From the NCBI GenBank assembly GCA_963457535.1, contig OY734803.1, positions 89,122 to 153,121 on the forward strand: a stretch of 64,000 bases of DNA, given 5' to 3'. The position numbers were made by a program, and so were the translations under genes. Numbering within the stretch: the first letter of the stretch is position 1; every line of letters begins with the position of its first letter. Positions 39,538 to 48,965 of the stretch are shown piece after piece. This DNA comes from Arenicellales bacterium. GTDB lineage: Bacteria > Pseudomonadota > Gammaproteobacteria > Arenicellales > Poriferihabitantaceae. A model generated the notes under the pieces. It ran no database searches and was not told where the DNA came from. It saw only the letters and a program-made list of their open reading frames with translations.

Positions 39538-41829
39538 ATGCGCGTTGCGCGCGCCTGCGTGGCGTTGCTGTGGCTCGCGCTGGCGGGCGCGGCCACTTCG
39601 CAACTGCACCGCCTCGGCTTTGACAACGACACCTGGCTGCCGCCGGACAATCCGCGCAAGATCGCGCTGGACACTTTCCGCGCCGAGTTTGAGCCGGATG
39701 AGGCATTCCTGCTGGTGGTGGAATTGCAGGAGGATTTTTTTCGCGAGGAACAAACGCAAAAAATCAGGGAGTTAGAAGGAGTTCTTGACGCGTTGCCGGA
39801 GATCGTGTCGGTGCTGTCGCCGCTCAGCGCGACCACCATTATTGACACCGGCGAGACGCTGGAAATCGGCAGTTTTGACGAAGCGATGGAAAAAGGGTTT
39901 CTCGCCGACGCCGACGCTTTCCGCGAAAAATTCCTGGCCTCGCCCTATGCCGGCCGGCTCCTCTCCGCCGACCAGCGCAAGGTGCTGTTGCGGGTCGCGA
40001 TTGAGCGCATTGACGCGGTCGCGCGCGGCAAATCGGTGGCCGCGGTCATCGCCGCGGCGCGCGCCGAGGCCGACAAAAAGGGCTGGGAAAACATCCACTT
40101 CGCCGGCGAATCCGCGCTGAAAGATGAACTAAACCGCGCCACCCGCGAACAACTGCCCTACCTGCTCGCCCTCGCCGGAATCATGCTGGTGATTTTTCTG
40201 CGGCTTGCCTGCGGCAATTGGCGGCGCGCCGCGGTGATTTTCGCGGCGGCGGTCGCCGCGGTTTCCTCCTGCCTCGGCCTGATGGCCGCGTTCGGCTGGC
40301 CGATGAACGCGGTTTTGCTGGTGCTGCCGGTCATGGTCTCGGTGATTGCCGTTGCCGACGGCTTGCACATTCTCGCCACATGGGACGCGCTGGAAGCGCC
40401 CCATTTGCACGACCCGCAGACCCGCATAAAAAAGACCGTCGCCCAGACCTGGCTGCCCTGCCTCGGCGCCACACTGACCAGCGCCGCCGGTTTCGGCGCG
40501 TTTTCGGTCAGCGAATTGACCCCGCTGCAGCATTTCGGCTTCGCTTCGGCGCTGACCATTCTCTACGCCTACCCGCTGATCACCGGCGCGGTCTGGGGCT
40601 CGCTGTGGATTTTCCCCGGCATGGAGCGAAAACCGCCGTCGCGGCTGCCCTGGGAAAAACTCGCCAACGCCTTTGAGCGCGCCGCCGGAACGCGCCCGCG
40701 CCGCATCGTTTTCGCCGGGCTGTGCTTCGCCGCGCTGCTCGGCGGCGGGTTGTCGCTTTTGCGCACCGAGACCAATTTTCTCGCGGTGTTTTTCTCGCCG
40801 CAGAGCGAGGTGCGGCGCGCGTTTGATTTGGTGGACGCCGATTTGGGCGGCTCCAACCGCGTGGAAGTGATTCGCCGCGGCGCGCCCGAGCAATTCGCCG
40901 AACACGCGGCGATGCGCGATGTGGAGTCGCTGGCGGCGCGCCTGCGCGAGATTGACACGGTCCATTATGTGGACAGTTATCTCCTCCCGGTCGGCATGGC
41001 CGACACCGCATTCGGCGGCTCCGGCCTGCCGGAGTCGGACGGGCAGTTGTCGCAGGAATTGCTGTTTTTGTCGCTGTCGCGCAGCGAGACCGAGCGCGGC
41101 GTTCTCGCGCCGTATTTGGATTTCAACGAGTCCGGCGCGCGCCTGAGTTTGCAGACCGCGAATCTCCTCTCGCCCGAATTGGAGCGCACCATCGCCGAGA
41201 CCGAGGCGCATGTCGCAGCCGCGCCCGACAATTCCTCCACCGCCCTGACCACCACCATCACCGGTTTCGGCGTGTTCATTCACAACCTCGGCGAGCATGT
41301 GCTGAACACCCAGGCGAGCAGTCTCGCGCTGACTTTTCTGATTATCGCCACCCTCCTCTTCGCGCAATTCGGCTGGCGCGCCGGTTTCGCCGGATTGTTG
41401 GCGAACATTTTGCCGCTCGCCGCCACCGCCGGACTGGTGGCGTGGTTGCGCTATCCCTACGATTTCGCCGCGATTCTCATCGCCGGCGTCACCCTCAGTC
41501 TGTCGGTGGACGACACCATCCACTTTTTGCACCATTACCGCCGCGGCAACGGCGCCGCCGATTCGCGCCGCCGCGCCCTCGGGCGCACCGCCCGCCCGAT
41601 CGCCGTCACCACCGTCCTTTTTTGCTGCGGATTGGGCGTGGTCGCGTTTTCCGATTTGGTCGTCCTGCGCCGCTTCGCGCTTTTTGCCTCGTTCGGCATC
41701 GCCTGCGCGCTCGCCTCCGCGCTGTTGTTTTTGCCGGCGTTTCTTGCTATGGTATCCGGGCGGCAGGCGCCGGCGCCGGCCCATCTTGACAGCCCCGAAA
41801 ACTCCCCTTACAACTCGGAGAACCAATGA
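39538..41829 (+). CDS. MMPL/RND-superfamily transporter
   Basis: Two repeats of TM1 + periplasmic loop + 5 TM; VADGLH and SVDDTIHF proton-relay motifs. Confidence 0.88.
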   Translation: MRVARACVALLWLALAGAATSQLHRLGFDNDTWLPPDNPRKIALDTFRAEFEPDEAFLLVVELQEDFFREEQTQKIRELEGVLDALPEIVSVLSPLSATTIIDTGETLEIGSFDEAMEKGFLADADAFREKFLASPYAGRLLSADQRKVLLRVAIERIDAVARGKSVAAVIAAARAEADKKGWENIHFAGESALKDELNRATREQLPYLLALAGIMLVIFLRLACGNWRRAAVIFAAAVAAVSSCLGLMAAFGWPMNAVLLVLPVMVSVIAVADGLHILATWDALEAPHLHDPQTRIKKTVAQTWLPCLGATLTSAAGFGAFSVSELTPLQHFGFASALTILYAYPLITGAVWGSLWIFPGMERKPPSRLPWEKLANAFERAAGTRPRRIVFAGLCFAALLGGGLSLLRTETNFLAVFFSPQSEVRRAFDLVDADLGGSNRVEVIRRGAPEQFAEHAAMRDVESLAARLREIDTVHYVDSYLLPVGMADTAFGGSGLPESDGQLSQELLFLSLSRSETERGVLAPYLDFNESGARLSLQTANLLSPELERTIAETEAHVAAAPDNSSTALTTTITGFGVFIHNLGEHVLNTQASSLALTFLIIATLLFAQFGWRAGFAGLLANILPLAATAGLVAWLRYPYDFAAILIAGVTLSLSVDDTIHFLHHYRRGNGAADSRRRALGRTARPIAVTTVLFCCGLGVVAFSDLVVLRRFALFASFGIACALASALLFLPAFLAMVSGRQAPAPAHLDSPENSPYNSENQ

Positions 41830-43487
41830 ACATTCCGGCAAGCACCAAAACCCTTTTCCGCCTGTGCGCCGTTGTGTCGGCCGCGCTTTTGCTCGCGCCC
41901 GCGCATGCGCAGGTGATTGAGGAAGACGAGGTTTATTCCACCGCGCCGGCGCGCGGCGACTTTTTCGGCCGCCTCAGCGGAGTGAGCGCGCCCGGCAGCA
42001 GCACCACCGCGCTCTATCAGGCGCTGCAAATCGGCTACGACACCGCCTTTGCCGGGGAGAGCGGACGCTTTTATTTCAGCGGACTGGGCAGCAACACCGA
42101 CTTGGATTTGGATCTGGTTTTGAAGGATTCGGCGAAGCGGGAACGAGATCAGGCGTGCATAAACGCCAGCAGCGACGCGTGCGCCGCACTTCGGGGTCTT
42201 GAAGACGAGCGCACCATCACCATCGCCGAAAGCGCTTTTGATGTGCGCGACGCGTTCGTACAATTTGATTTGCCGGGCGCGTTGGAATTCACCCTCGGCC
42301 GCCGCCGCCTCTCGTGGGGGCAGTTTGACCTGTTCTCGCCGGTCAACCTCGCGCTGCCGCTGACGCCGCAAAGCGCCGAGCCGGTCATTGACAAAATCAG
42401 TTCGCTGGTCGCGCAGGACCAGGTCGGCCTCGCCTGGTTCCCCGGCGAGCGCATGGAAATTCAGGCGTTTCAGTTCTACGGCGTCCACCTGGACCCGTTG
42501 ATTGAGCGCATTCTGGAACTCCAGCAGGAAAATGGCGACGAACTTTACATGGCGGATGGTATGCGTATGGAGAGCCCGACAAAAGAGCCGAACGATTTCA
42601 CCGACCACGACCAGAGCGGCGGACGCATCCTGTTCTATCCCGGCTGGGGCATTCTCGGCTTCACCTATCTGGACGGCGTGGATACGCTGTCATTCGGCGA
42701 AGATCTCGCGACGGCGAGGTTGGTAGGCAGCAATTGCGCCTCTACCATCGCCCTTACCGAAACCTGCAACGTGGCCAACATCATCAACGACACCGACCTG
42801 CCCGAAGCGGAGAGTTTTGGTTTTGAACTCGCCATTCCGGCCGGCAACTGGACCTGGAAGTTTGAATACCTGCAGCAGGACAGTTTCACCGATATCAGCG
42901 GCGTCTACGGAGGGAACGTTAATCCGTTCATGTATACGGGCCGCTCCGGCCCCGTGACGGTCCCGAATCCCTTGCAACCCTTCTACAACGCGGTGTTCGA
43001 CCCCGCCATGCGCAGCGGCGGCGCCGCCGATGTCGGCAAACTCTATGTCCCCGTGACGCGCACCCTGATCGGCCTCGGCGCCGATGTGGAGACCGACAAC
43101 TGGCGCCTGAATCTGATGATTCTGGGCATTGACCAGTCGTTTGACACCAAGGACGAAGAGTTGCTGAAACTCGGAGACGCCGCGTTCGGCACCAGCGCCA
43201 GCGACCGCGAATCCCAGGTCGCCCCGACCATCAACATCGCCCGTTATCTGGACGGCGACAAGCAGCGCGAAACCGGCTTTCTCGCCGGTTTTCTCGGCAC
43301 CTATTTCGGCGCGTCTTTTTATTACACCTCCACCATCGGCGACAATTTTCGCTGGACGCTGAGCGCCGAGGCGATCAGCAACCTGCGCGACGACCTCGCC
43401 GCCGAGACCAACGCCGACGGCAACCGCTACGAACTCGCCGACGACATCTCCAGCGGCGGCCGCTTCAGTTTCATTTATAATTTCTGA
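41826..43487 (+). CDS. Putative outer-membrane beta-barrel protein, paralog 1
   Basis: Signal peptide (AHA-Q); DAFVQF..LGRRRLSWGQFDLFSP; C-terminal FSFIYNF beta-signal. Confidence 0.72.
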   Translation: MNIPASTKTLFRLCAVVSAALLLAPAHAQVIEEDEVYSTAPARGDFFGRLSGVSAPGSSTTALYQALQIGYDTAFAGESGRFYFSGLGSNTDLDLDLVLKDSAKRERDQACINASSDACAALRGLEDERTITIAESAFDVRDAFVQFDLPGALEFTLGRRRLSWGQFDLFSPVNLALPLTPQSAEPVIDKISSLVAQDQVGLAWFPGERMEIQAFQFYGVHLDPLIERILELQQENGDELYMADGMRMESPTKEPNDFTDHDQSGGRILFYPGWGILGFTYLDGVDTLSFGEDLATARLVGSNCASTIALTETCNVANIINDTDLPEAESFGFELAIPAGNWTWKFEYLQQDSFTDISGVYGGNVNPFMYTGRSGPVTVPNPLQPFYNAVFDPAMRSGGAADVGKLYVPVTRTLIGLGADVETDNWRLNLMILGIDQSFDTKDEELLKLGDAAFGTSASDRESQVAPTINIARYLDGDKQRETGFLAGFLGTYFGASFYYTSTIGDNFRWTLSAEAISNLRDDLAAETNADGNRYELADDISSGGRFSFIYNF

Positions 43488-43554
43488 CAGCCGGCGGAGG
43501 CTTGAAAATCCCCCCAACCAACCCTACTGATCTCACGATCCGGAGGCAACAACC

Positions 43555-45378
43555 ATGAAACACACTGCCACCCCCACTGCCGTGAAGTTTCCCGCTTGGC
43601 TGCGCATGTCCGCCGCCGCCGCGATTTTTGCGGCGTTTGGCGCGCACGCGCAAATCATCGAGGAGGACGACGGCGCCTACTCGGCGAAACCCAAGGGAGA
43701 TTTCTTCGGAACCCTCTCCGGCACCGGCTCGGTCGGCACCGGCGTCACCCACAGTTACGGCTCGCTGCAACTCGGCTTTGACATGCCGTTCGCGCGCGAG
43801 CGCGGCCGCGTCTATTTCAACGGCCTCGCCAGCAGCAGCGACCTGACCGTGGAGCGCACCCTGACCGACGCGGCGAAACGCAACCCGATGCCGGACGAGG
43901 ACGGCAATCCCGAGCCGGAAACCGACGACCTGACGGTGCGCGACGACACTTCCATCGTCAACGACGCCTTCGTGCAGTTTGACCTGCTGCGAAATTTGGA
44001 AGTCACCGCCGGCCGCCGCCGCGTCAACTGGGGGCAGTTTGAACTGCTGTCGCCGATTTCGCTGTCGCTGCCGGTGTCGCTGCAAAGCGCCGACGCGGTG
44101 ACCGACAAAATCGCCACGCTGTTCGCGCAGGACCAGGTCGCGCTGACCTGGTTCCCGACTCCGCGCATGGAAATCAGCGGCTACTACTTCAACTCGGTGC
44201 AACTGGACCCGCTGTTTGAAAGCGTGCTGTCCGGCGGCAGCCAGCCTGAAGGCGCGACTGATGACATTTACAATGTCAATCTCGCAACGGCGTCGGGCCG
44301 GATCACGCAAGATGAAGTTCTTGCGCCGGACAACGACTTGACCGACCACGAGCATGGCGCGCTGCGAGTCGTGTTCTACAACAACTGGGGCACGCTCGGC
44401 TTCACCTACCACGACACCAATGACTCGCTCGGGTTTGAGTCCAAGAATGCGCGACTGGCATGCAACGGCACCATTGATGCTATTGTGGCTGAGGATCCGT
44501 CGGTTGTGCGCGGAGAAGGAAGGAAGCGCGAGTTGATTGGTCTGGATCCGCGGGTCGAAACCGGCGCTGGCACTGCCGCCCGTCCCACCGGTTCCTGTGT
44601 GCAAACCACCAGCAGCAATGTGGCGGTGCTTCCCTCAACTCATCCCAAAGCGATGAACGGCAAGGCGGAAATCTACAACGTCTTCAGCAACGCCAACCTG
44701 TTCCCGACCGAGAACTACGGCATTGAACTTGCCTTCCCGCGCGGCGACTGGGTGTGGAAGTTTGAGATGCTCTACTCGGACACCACCGTGGACCTGCAGG
44801 CGTTTTCCTCGGCGATTTTGGTCGATGAAAACGGCAGGGCCGACGGCAATCCCGACGACACCCTCGCCCAGGCGCGCCTTGACTACTACCGCGCGATCAA
44901 CAATCGCAAGGGGTTCAACAAGGCCGGCCTGCCGAACGCCGGCAGTTTGTCCATGGACGCCACGCGCACCATCTCCGCCATCGGCGCCGACACCGACGGC
45001 GACAAGTGGCGCCTCAATCTCACGCTGCTGTATCTGAACGAGACCTGGGAGGACGAAAGTCTGCGCAAACTGCAGGACGCGGCCGAAGGCGCGGATGAAG
45101 GCGCCGGCGCCACTTTCGCGCCGGCCTTCAATGTGGCGCGCTACCTGGACCCGGACAAAAACCGCGAAGTCGGCCTGCTCGGCGGTTTTGTCGGCACCTA
45201 CTTCGGCCTCGCCCTCTACCGCACCTCGCTGATCCGCGAAAAGTTCCGCTGGACCATCGGCCTGGAAGCGGTCAGCAACCTGCGCGACGAACTCGCCGCG
45301 GAAAGCCAGAGCATCCGCTACGAACTGAAGGACGAAATCTCCTTCGGCGCGCGCCTCAGCGTGATCTACGACTTTTAG
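43555..45378 (+). CDS. Putative outer-membrane beta-barrel protein, paralog 2
   Basis: Same scaffold as paralog 1 (IEEDD, DAFVQFDL, GRRRVNWGQFELLSP, GTYFG, SNLRDELAAE); ends LSVIYDF. Confidence 0.72.
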   Translation: MKHTATPTAVKFPAWLRMSAAAAIFAAFGAHAQIIEEDDGAYSAKPKGDFFGTLSGTGSVGTGVTHSYGSLQLGFDMPFARERGRVYFNGLASSSDLTVERTLTDAAKRNPMPDEDGNPEPETDDLTVRDDTSIVNDAFVQFDLLRNLEVTAGRRRVNWGQFELLSPISLSLPVSLQSADAVTDKIATLFAQDQVALTWFPTPRMEISGYYFNSVQLDPLFESVLSGGSQPEGATDDIYNVNLATASGRITQDEVLAPDNDLTDHEHGALRVVFYNNWGTLGFTYHDTNDSLGFESKNARLACNGTIDAIVAEDPSVVRGEGRKRELIGLDPRVETGAGTAARPTGSCVQTTSSNVAVLPSTHPKAMNGKAEIYNVFSNANLFPTENYGIELAFPRGDWVWKFEMLYSDTTVDLQAFSSAILVDENGRADGNPDDTLAQARLDYYRAINNRKGFNKAGLPNAGSLSMDATRTISAIGADTDGDKWRLNLTLLYLNETWEDESLRKLQDAAEGADEGAGATFAPAFNVARYLDPDKNREVGLLGGFVGTYFGLALYRTSLIREKFRWTIGLEAVSNLRDELAAESQSIRYELKDEISFGARLSVIYDF

Positions 45379-45409
45379 GAGAAAAGTCACGGGCGCGCCC
45401 GAAAGCGTT

Positions 45410-46957
45410 TTATTCGGGCGCGCCTTCTCCCGCTTTCACCCGCGCCAGCGCGTCCTCCCAAACCGCCAGTTTCCGCGCGACTTTTTGGCGGACTTTTTTG
45501 GCGGGATTCGGAGAAAATCCCCTTTCCTTGCGCCACACTGCGCCGGCTTCCTCCGGCGATTTGTAAAGTCCGCACTGCAGCCCGGCCAATAACGCCGCGC
45601 CGAGCGCGGTGGTTTCGGTCACGCGCGGGCGCTCCACGGTGACGCCGCTGATGTCGGCGAGAAATTGCAGCAGGTAATCATTGACCGCCATGCCGCCGTC
45701 CACGCGCAACGCCGTGATTTCGGCGCCGTCGGCGCGCATCGCCTCCAGCAAATCGCGCGTCTGAAACGCCACCGCCTCCACCGCCGCGCGCACCAAATCG
45801 GCGCGCCCGGCGCCGCGGGTAATCCCAAAAATCGCCGCGCGCGCATGCGGCCGCCAATGCGGCGCGCCGAGACCGGTGAAGGCTGGGACCATGCAAATAC
45901 TCTCCGTTCCGGCAGTTTCTGATGGGATTTTTTCAGGATCGCTTTCTTCGTCCTTTTTAAGCGATTTTTCCAATAACTCCTTGATTTCCTTGTTCTCCAC
46001 GAAAACGCCGATCTGCCGCAGCCACTGCAGCGCGGTGCCGGCGTTGAACACCGAGCCTTCCAGCGCGTAGGCGGCGCGCCCGTGAAGGCGCGAGGCGAGC
46101 GTGGTCAGCAGGCGGTGGCGCGATTTTGCCGGTTTTGCCGTGGTCGCCATCAAAAACGCGCCGCTGCCGAAGGTGCATTTCCCCATTCCCGGCGCATGGC
46201 AGGCCTGCCCGAAAAGCGCGGCCTGCTGGTCGCCGGCGACTCCGCATACCGGAATTTCCCGCCCAAACCACTCGCGCGCGGTCGCGCCGAAATCATCGGC
46301 GCAATCGCGCACTTCCGGCAAAACCGCGGCCGGCACGCCGAACGCGCCCAGCAATTCCTCGTCCCAGCGTTGTTTGTGGATGTCAAACAGCAAAGTGCGC
46401 CCGGCGTTGCTGGCGTCGGTGGAGTGCCGCCCGCATAGCCGCCACAGCAAAAACGCGTCAATCGTGCCGAACGCCAACTCGCCCGCCTCGGCGCGGCGGC
46501 GCGCGCCGTCCACTGCATCCAAAATCCAGGTGATTTTCGGCGCGGAAAAATACGCGTCCAACAATAATCCGGTTTTCGCGGCGATTTTTTCGGGCAAATC
46601 TCCGTCCTTTTTTGCCAATTCCGCGCATTTTTCCGCGGTGCGCCGGTCCTGCCAGACGATCGCGTTGTGCACCGCCCTGCCGCTTTCCCGCTCCCACACC
46701 ACCGTGGTCTCGCGCTGATTGGCGATGCCGACCGCGGCGATGCACCCGGCGCCGCCCGCTTTCTCCACCGCCTCGCGCGCCGATTCCAGCGTAGTCCGCC
46801 AAATCTCCTCCGGCGCGTGCTCCACCCACCCCTCCCGCGGATAATGCTGCGCAAACTCCCGCTGCGCCACCGCCACCACCGCCCCATCCGGCGCGAACAC
46901 AATGGCGCGTGAAGAGGTGGTGCCTTGGTCCAGGGAGAGGAGGTTTTGGGGTTTCAT
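45410..46957 (-). CDS. glpK: Glycerol kinase
   Basis: DQGTTSSRA, NQRETT, VWQDRRT, GDQQAALFG, VDGGM. Confidence 0.95.
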   Translation of the reverse strand: MKPQNLLSLDQGTTSSRAIVFAPDGAVVAVAQREFAQHYPREGWVEHAPEEIWRTTLESAREAVEKAGGAGCIAAVGIANQRETTVVWERESGRAVHNAIVWQDRRTAEKCAELAKKDGDLPEKIAAKTGLLLDAYFSAPKITWILDAVDGARRRAEAGELAFGTIDAFLLWRLCGRHSTDASNAGRTLLFDIHKQRWDEELLGAFGVPAAVLPEVRDCADDFGATAREWFGREIPVCGVAGDQQAALFGQACHAPGMGKCTFGSGAFLMATTAKPAKSRHRLLTTLASRLHGRAAYALEGSVFNAGTALQWLRQIGVFVENKEIKELLEKSLKKDEESDPEKIPSETAGTESICMVPAFTGLGAPHWRPHARAAIFGITRGAGRADLVRAAVEAVAFQTRDLLEAMRADGAEITALRVDGGMAVNDYLLQFLADISGVTVERPRVTETTALGAALLAGLQCGLYKSPEEAGAVWRKERGFSPNPAKKVRQKVARKLAVWEDALARVKAGEGAPE

Positions 46958-47141
46958 GGAAATTGTCAAAAAGCGCGCGAAATTCGTTGTAGTATATGCA
47001 AATCGGGACATGGCGAGCGGAGCGGACGAGTCGGAGGGACCACGTCCGCATGCGACATTTTCCGCCGGCATTTTCCGTTTTTCCGCGGTGCTACACTACA
47101 ATTTGGCATTCGTTTTTTCCCTTTCCAACCGGAGTATTGAA

Positions 47142-48869
47142 ATGAAACTGAAGCAGACCATGACGGCGCTGGCGCTTTTCGCGCTTTCCGCGCCGGTCGC
47201 GCAGGCCGACATCGCCGCGGCGAAACGCTGGATCAACAAAGAGTTCCAGCCGTCCACGCTGAGCAAACGCGAGCAGCAGGACGAGATGCAGTGGTTCATT
47301 GACGCCGCCAAGCCGTTTCGCGGAATGGAAATCAATGTTCTGTCCGAGACCATCCCGACGCATGAATACGAGTCCAAAACCCTGACCAAGGCGTTTGAGG
47401 AAATCACCGGCATCCGCGTCAACCACCAATTGCTCGGCGAAGGCGAGGTCGTGCAGGCGGTGCAGACGCAAATGCAGACCAAGCGCAATCTCTACGACGC
47501 CTACATCAACGATTCCGACCTGATCGGCACGCATTCGCGCCTGCAGTTGGCGGTGCCGCTCAGCGACTGGATGGCCGGCGAGGGAAAAAGCGTGACCAAC
47601 CCGAATCTGGACATTGACGACTTCATGGGCAAGTCGTTCACCACCGGCGCCGACGGGAAGTTGTACCAACTCCCCGACCAGCAGTTCGCCAACCTCTACT
47701 GGTTTCGCTACGATTGGTTCTCGCGCGAAGACCTGAAAGCCGACTTCAAAAAACGCTACGGCTACGACCTCGGCGTACCGGTCAACTGGTCGGCGTATGA
47801 GGACATCGCCGAGTTTTTCTCGGTGCATGTCAAGGAGATCGACGGCGTGCGCGTCTACGGCCACATGGACTACGGCAAGCGCGCGCCCGACTTGGGCTGG
47901 CGCATGACCGACGCGTGGCTCTCCATGGCCGGCGCCGGCAGCAAGGGCCTGCCCAACGGCAAACCGGTGGACGAATGGGGCATCCGCGTGGACGGCTGCA
48001 ACCCGGTCGGGGCCTCGGTCAGCCGCGGCGGCGCCGCGAACGGGCCGGCGGCGGTGTATGCGATTCGCAAATGGGACGAGTGGCTGCGCAAATACGCGCC
48101 GCCCGGCGCGGCCAGTTACGACTTCTACCAGTCGCTGCCGGCGCTTTCCCAGGGCAATGTCGCGCAGCAGATCTTCTGGTACACCGCGTTCACCTCGGCC
48201 ATGGTCGCGCCGAAGAGCGAAGGCAACAACACCGTGGACGACAAGGGCTTCCCGCTGTGGCGCATGGCGCCGTCGCCGCATGGACCCTACTGGGAGGAGG
48301 GCCAGAAACTCGGCTATCAGGACGCCGGCTCGTGGACGCTGTTCAAGTCCACCCCGGTGAAGCGCCGGCAGGCGGCGTGGCTGTATGCGCAGTTCACCGT
48401 GTCCAAGACGGTGTCGCTGAAAAAAACCCATGTCGGCCTGACGCCGATTCGCGACAGCGACATTCGCCACGAGTCGTTCACCGAGCGCGCGCCGAAACTC
48501 GGCGGGCTGGTGGAGTTCTACCGCTCGCCCGACCGCGTGCGCTGGACGCCGACCGGCACCAATGTTCCCGACTACCCGAAACTCGCGCAGATTTGGTGGC
48601 AGCAAATCGGCGATGTCAATTCGGGCGTGTTCACCCCGCAGCAGGCGATGGACCGGCTGGCCGAGGAAATGGACACGACCATGGCGCGCATGCAGTCGGC
48701 CGATGAGCGCGCCGGAACCTACGGCGGCTGCGGTCCGCGCCTGAACAAGGCGGAATCCCCGGACAAGTGGCTCAAGCGCTCCGGCTCGCCCAAAGCGAAA
48801 CTGAAAAACGAAAAGCCGCGCGGAGAGACGGTGGATTACGACCAACTGGTCAAGCGGTGGGAGAACTAG
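47142..48869 (+). CDS. glpV: Glycerol ABC transporter substrate-binding protein
   Basis: Signal peptide; EFQPSTLS, ETIPTHEYES, QLPDQQFANLYWFRYDWF; glp cluster context. Confidence 0.85.
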   Translation: MKLKQTMTALALFALSAPVAQADIAAAKRWINKEFQPSTLSKREQQDEMQWFIDAAKPFRGMEINVLSETIPTHEYESKTLTKAFEEITGIRVNHQLLGEGEVVQAVQTQMQTKRNLYDAYINDSDLIGTHSRLQLAVPLSDWMAGEGKSVTNPNLDIDDFMGKSFTTGADGKLYQLPDQQFANLYWFRYDWFSREDLKADFKKRYGYDLGVPVNWSAYEDIAEFFSVHVKEIDGVRVYGHMDYGKRAPDLGWRMTDAWLSMAGAGSKGLPNGKPVDEWGIRVDGCNPVGASVSRGGAANGPAAVYAIRKWDEWLRKYAPPGAASYDFYQSLPALSQGNVAQQIFWYTAFTSAMVAPKSEGNNTVDDKGFPLWRMAPSPHGPYWEEGQKLGYQDAGSWTLFKSTPVKRRQAAWLYAQFTVSKTVSLKKTHVGLTPIRDSDIRHESFTERAPKLGGLVEFYRSPDRVRWTPTGTNVPDYPKLAQIWWQQIGDVNSGVFTPQQAMDRLAEEMDTTMARMQSADERAGTYGGCGPRLNKAESPDKWLKRSGSPKAKLKNEKPRGETVDYDQLVKRWEN

Positions 48870-48927
48870 GACGCCGCGGTTTCGCCCCCTTGCGGCAACA
48901 ACACGCAGGGGGGCGGAATCGGCGTTC
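48870..48927 (+). terminator. Long GC-rich intercistronic stem-loop after the SBP gene (attenuator or mRNA stabiliser)
   Basis: GACGCCG..TTTCGCCCCCTTGCG-loop-CGCAGGGGGGCGGAATCGGCGTT imperfect inverted repeat. Confidence 0.55.
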
Positions 48928-48965
48928 TTCACGCGGCGGAAACCCGGCGCGTTCCGCGCATGCGC

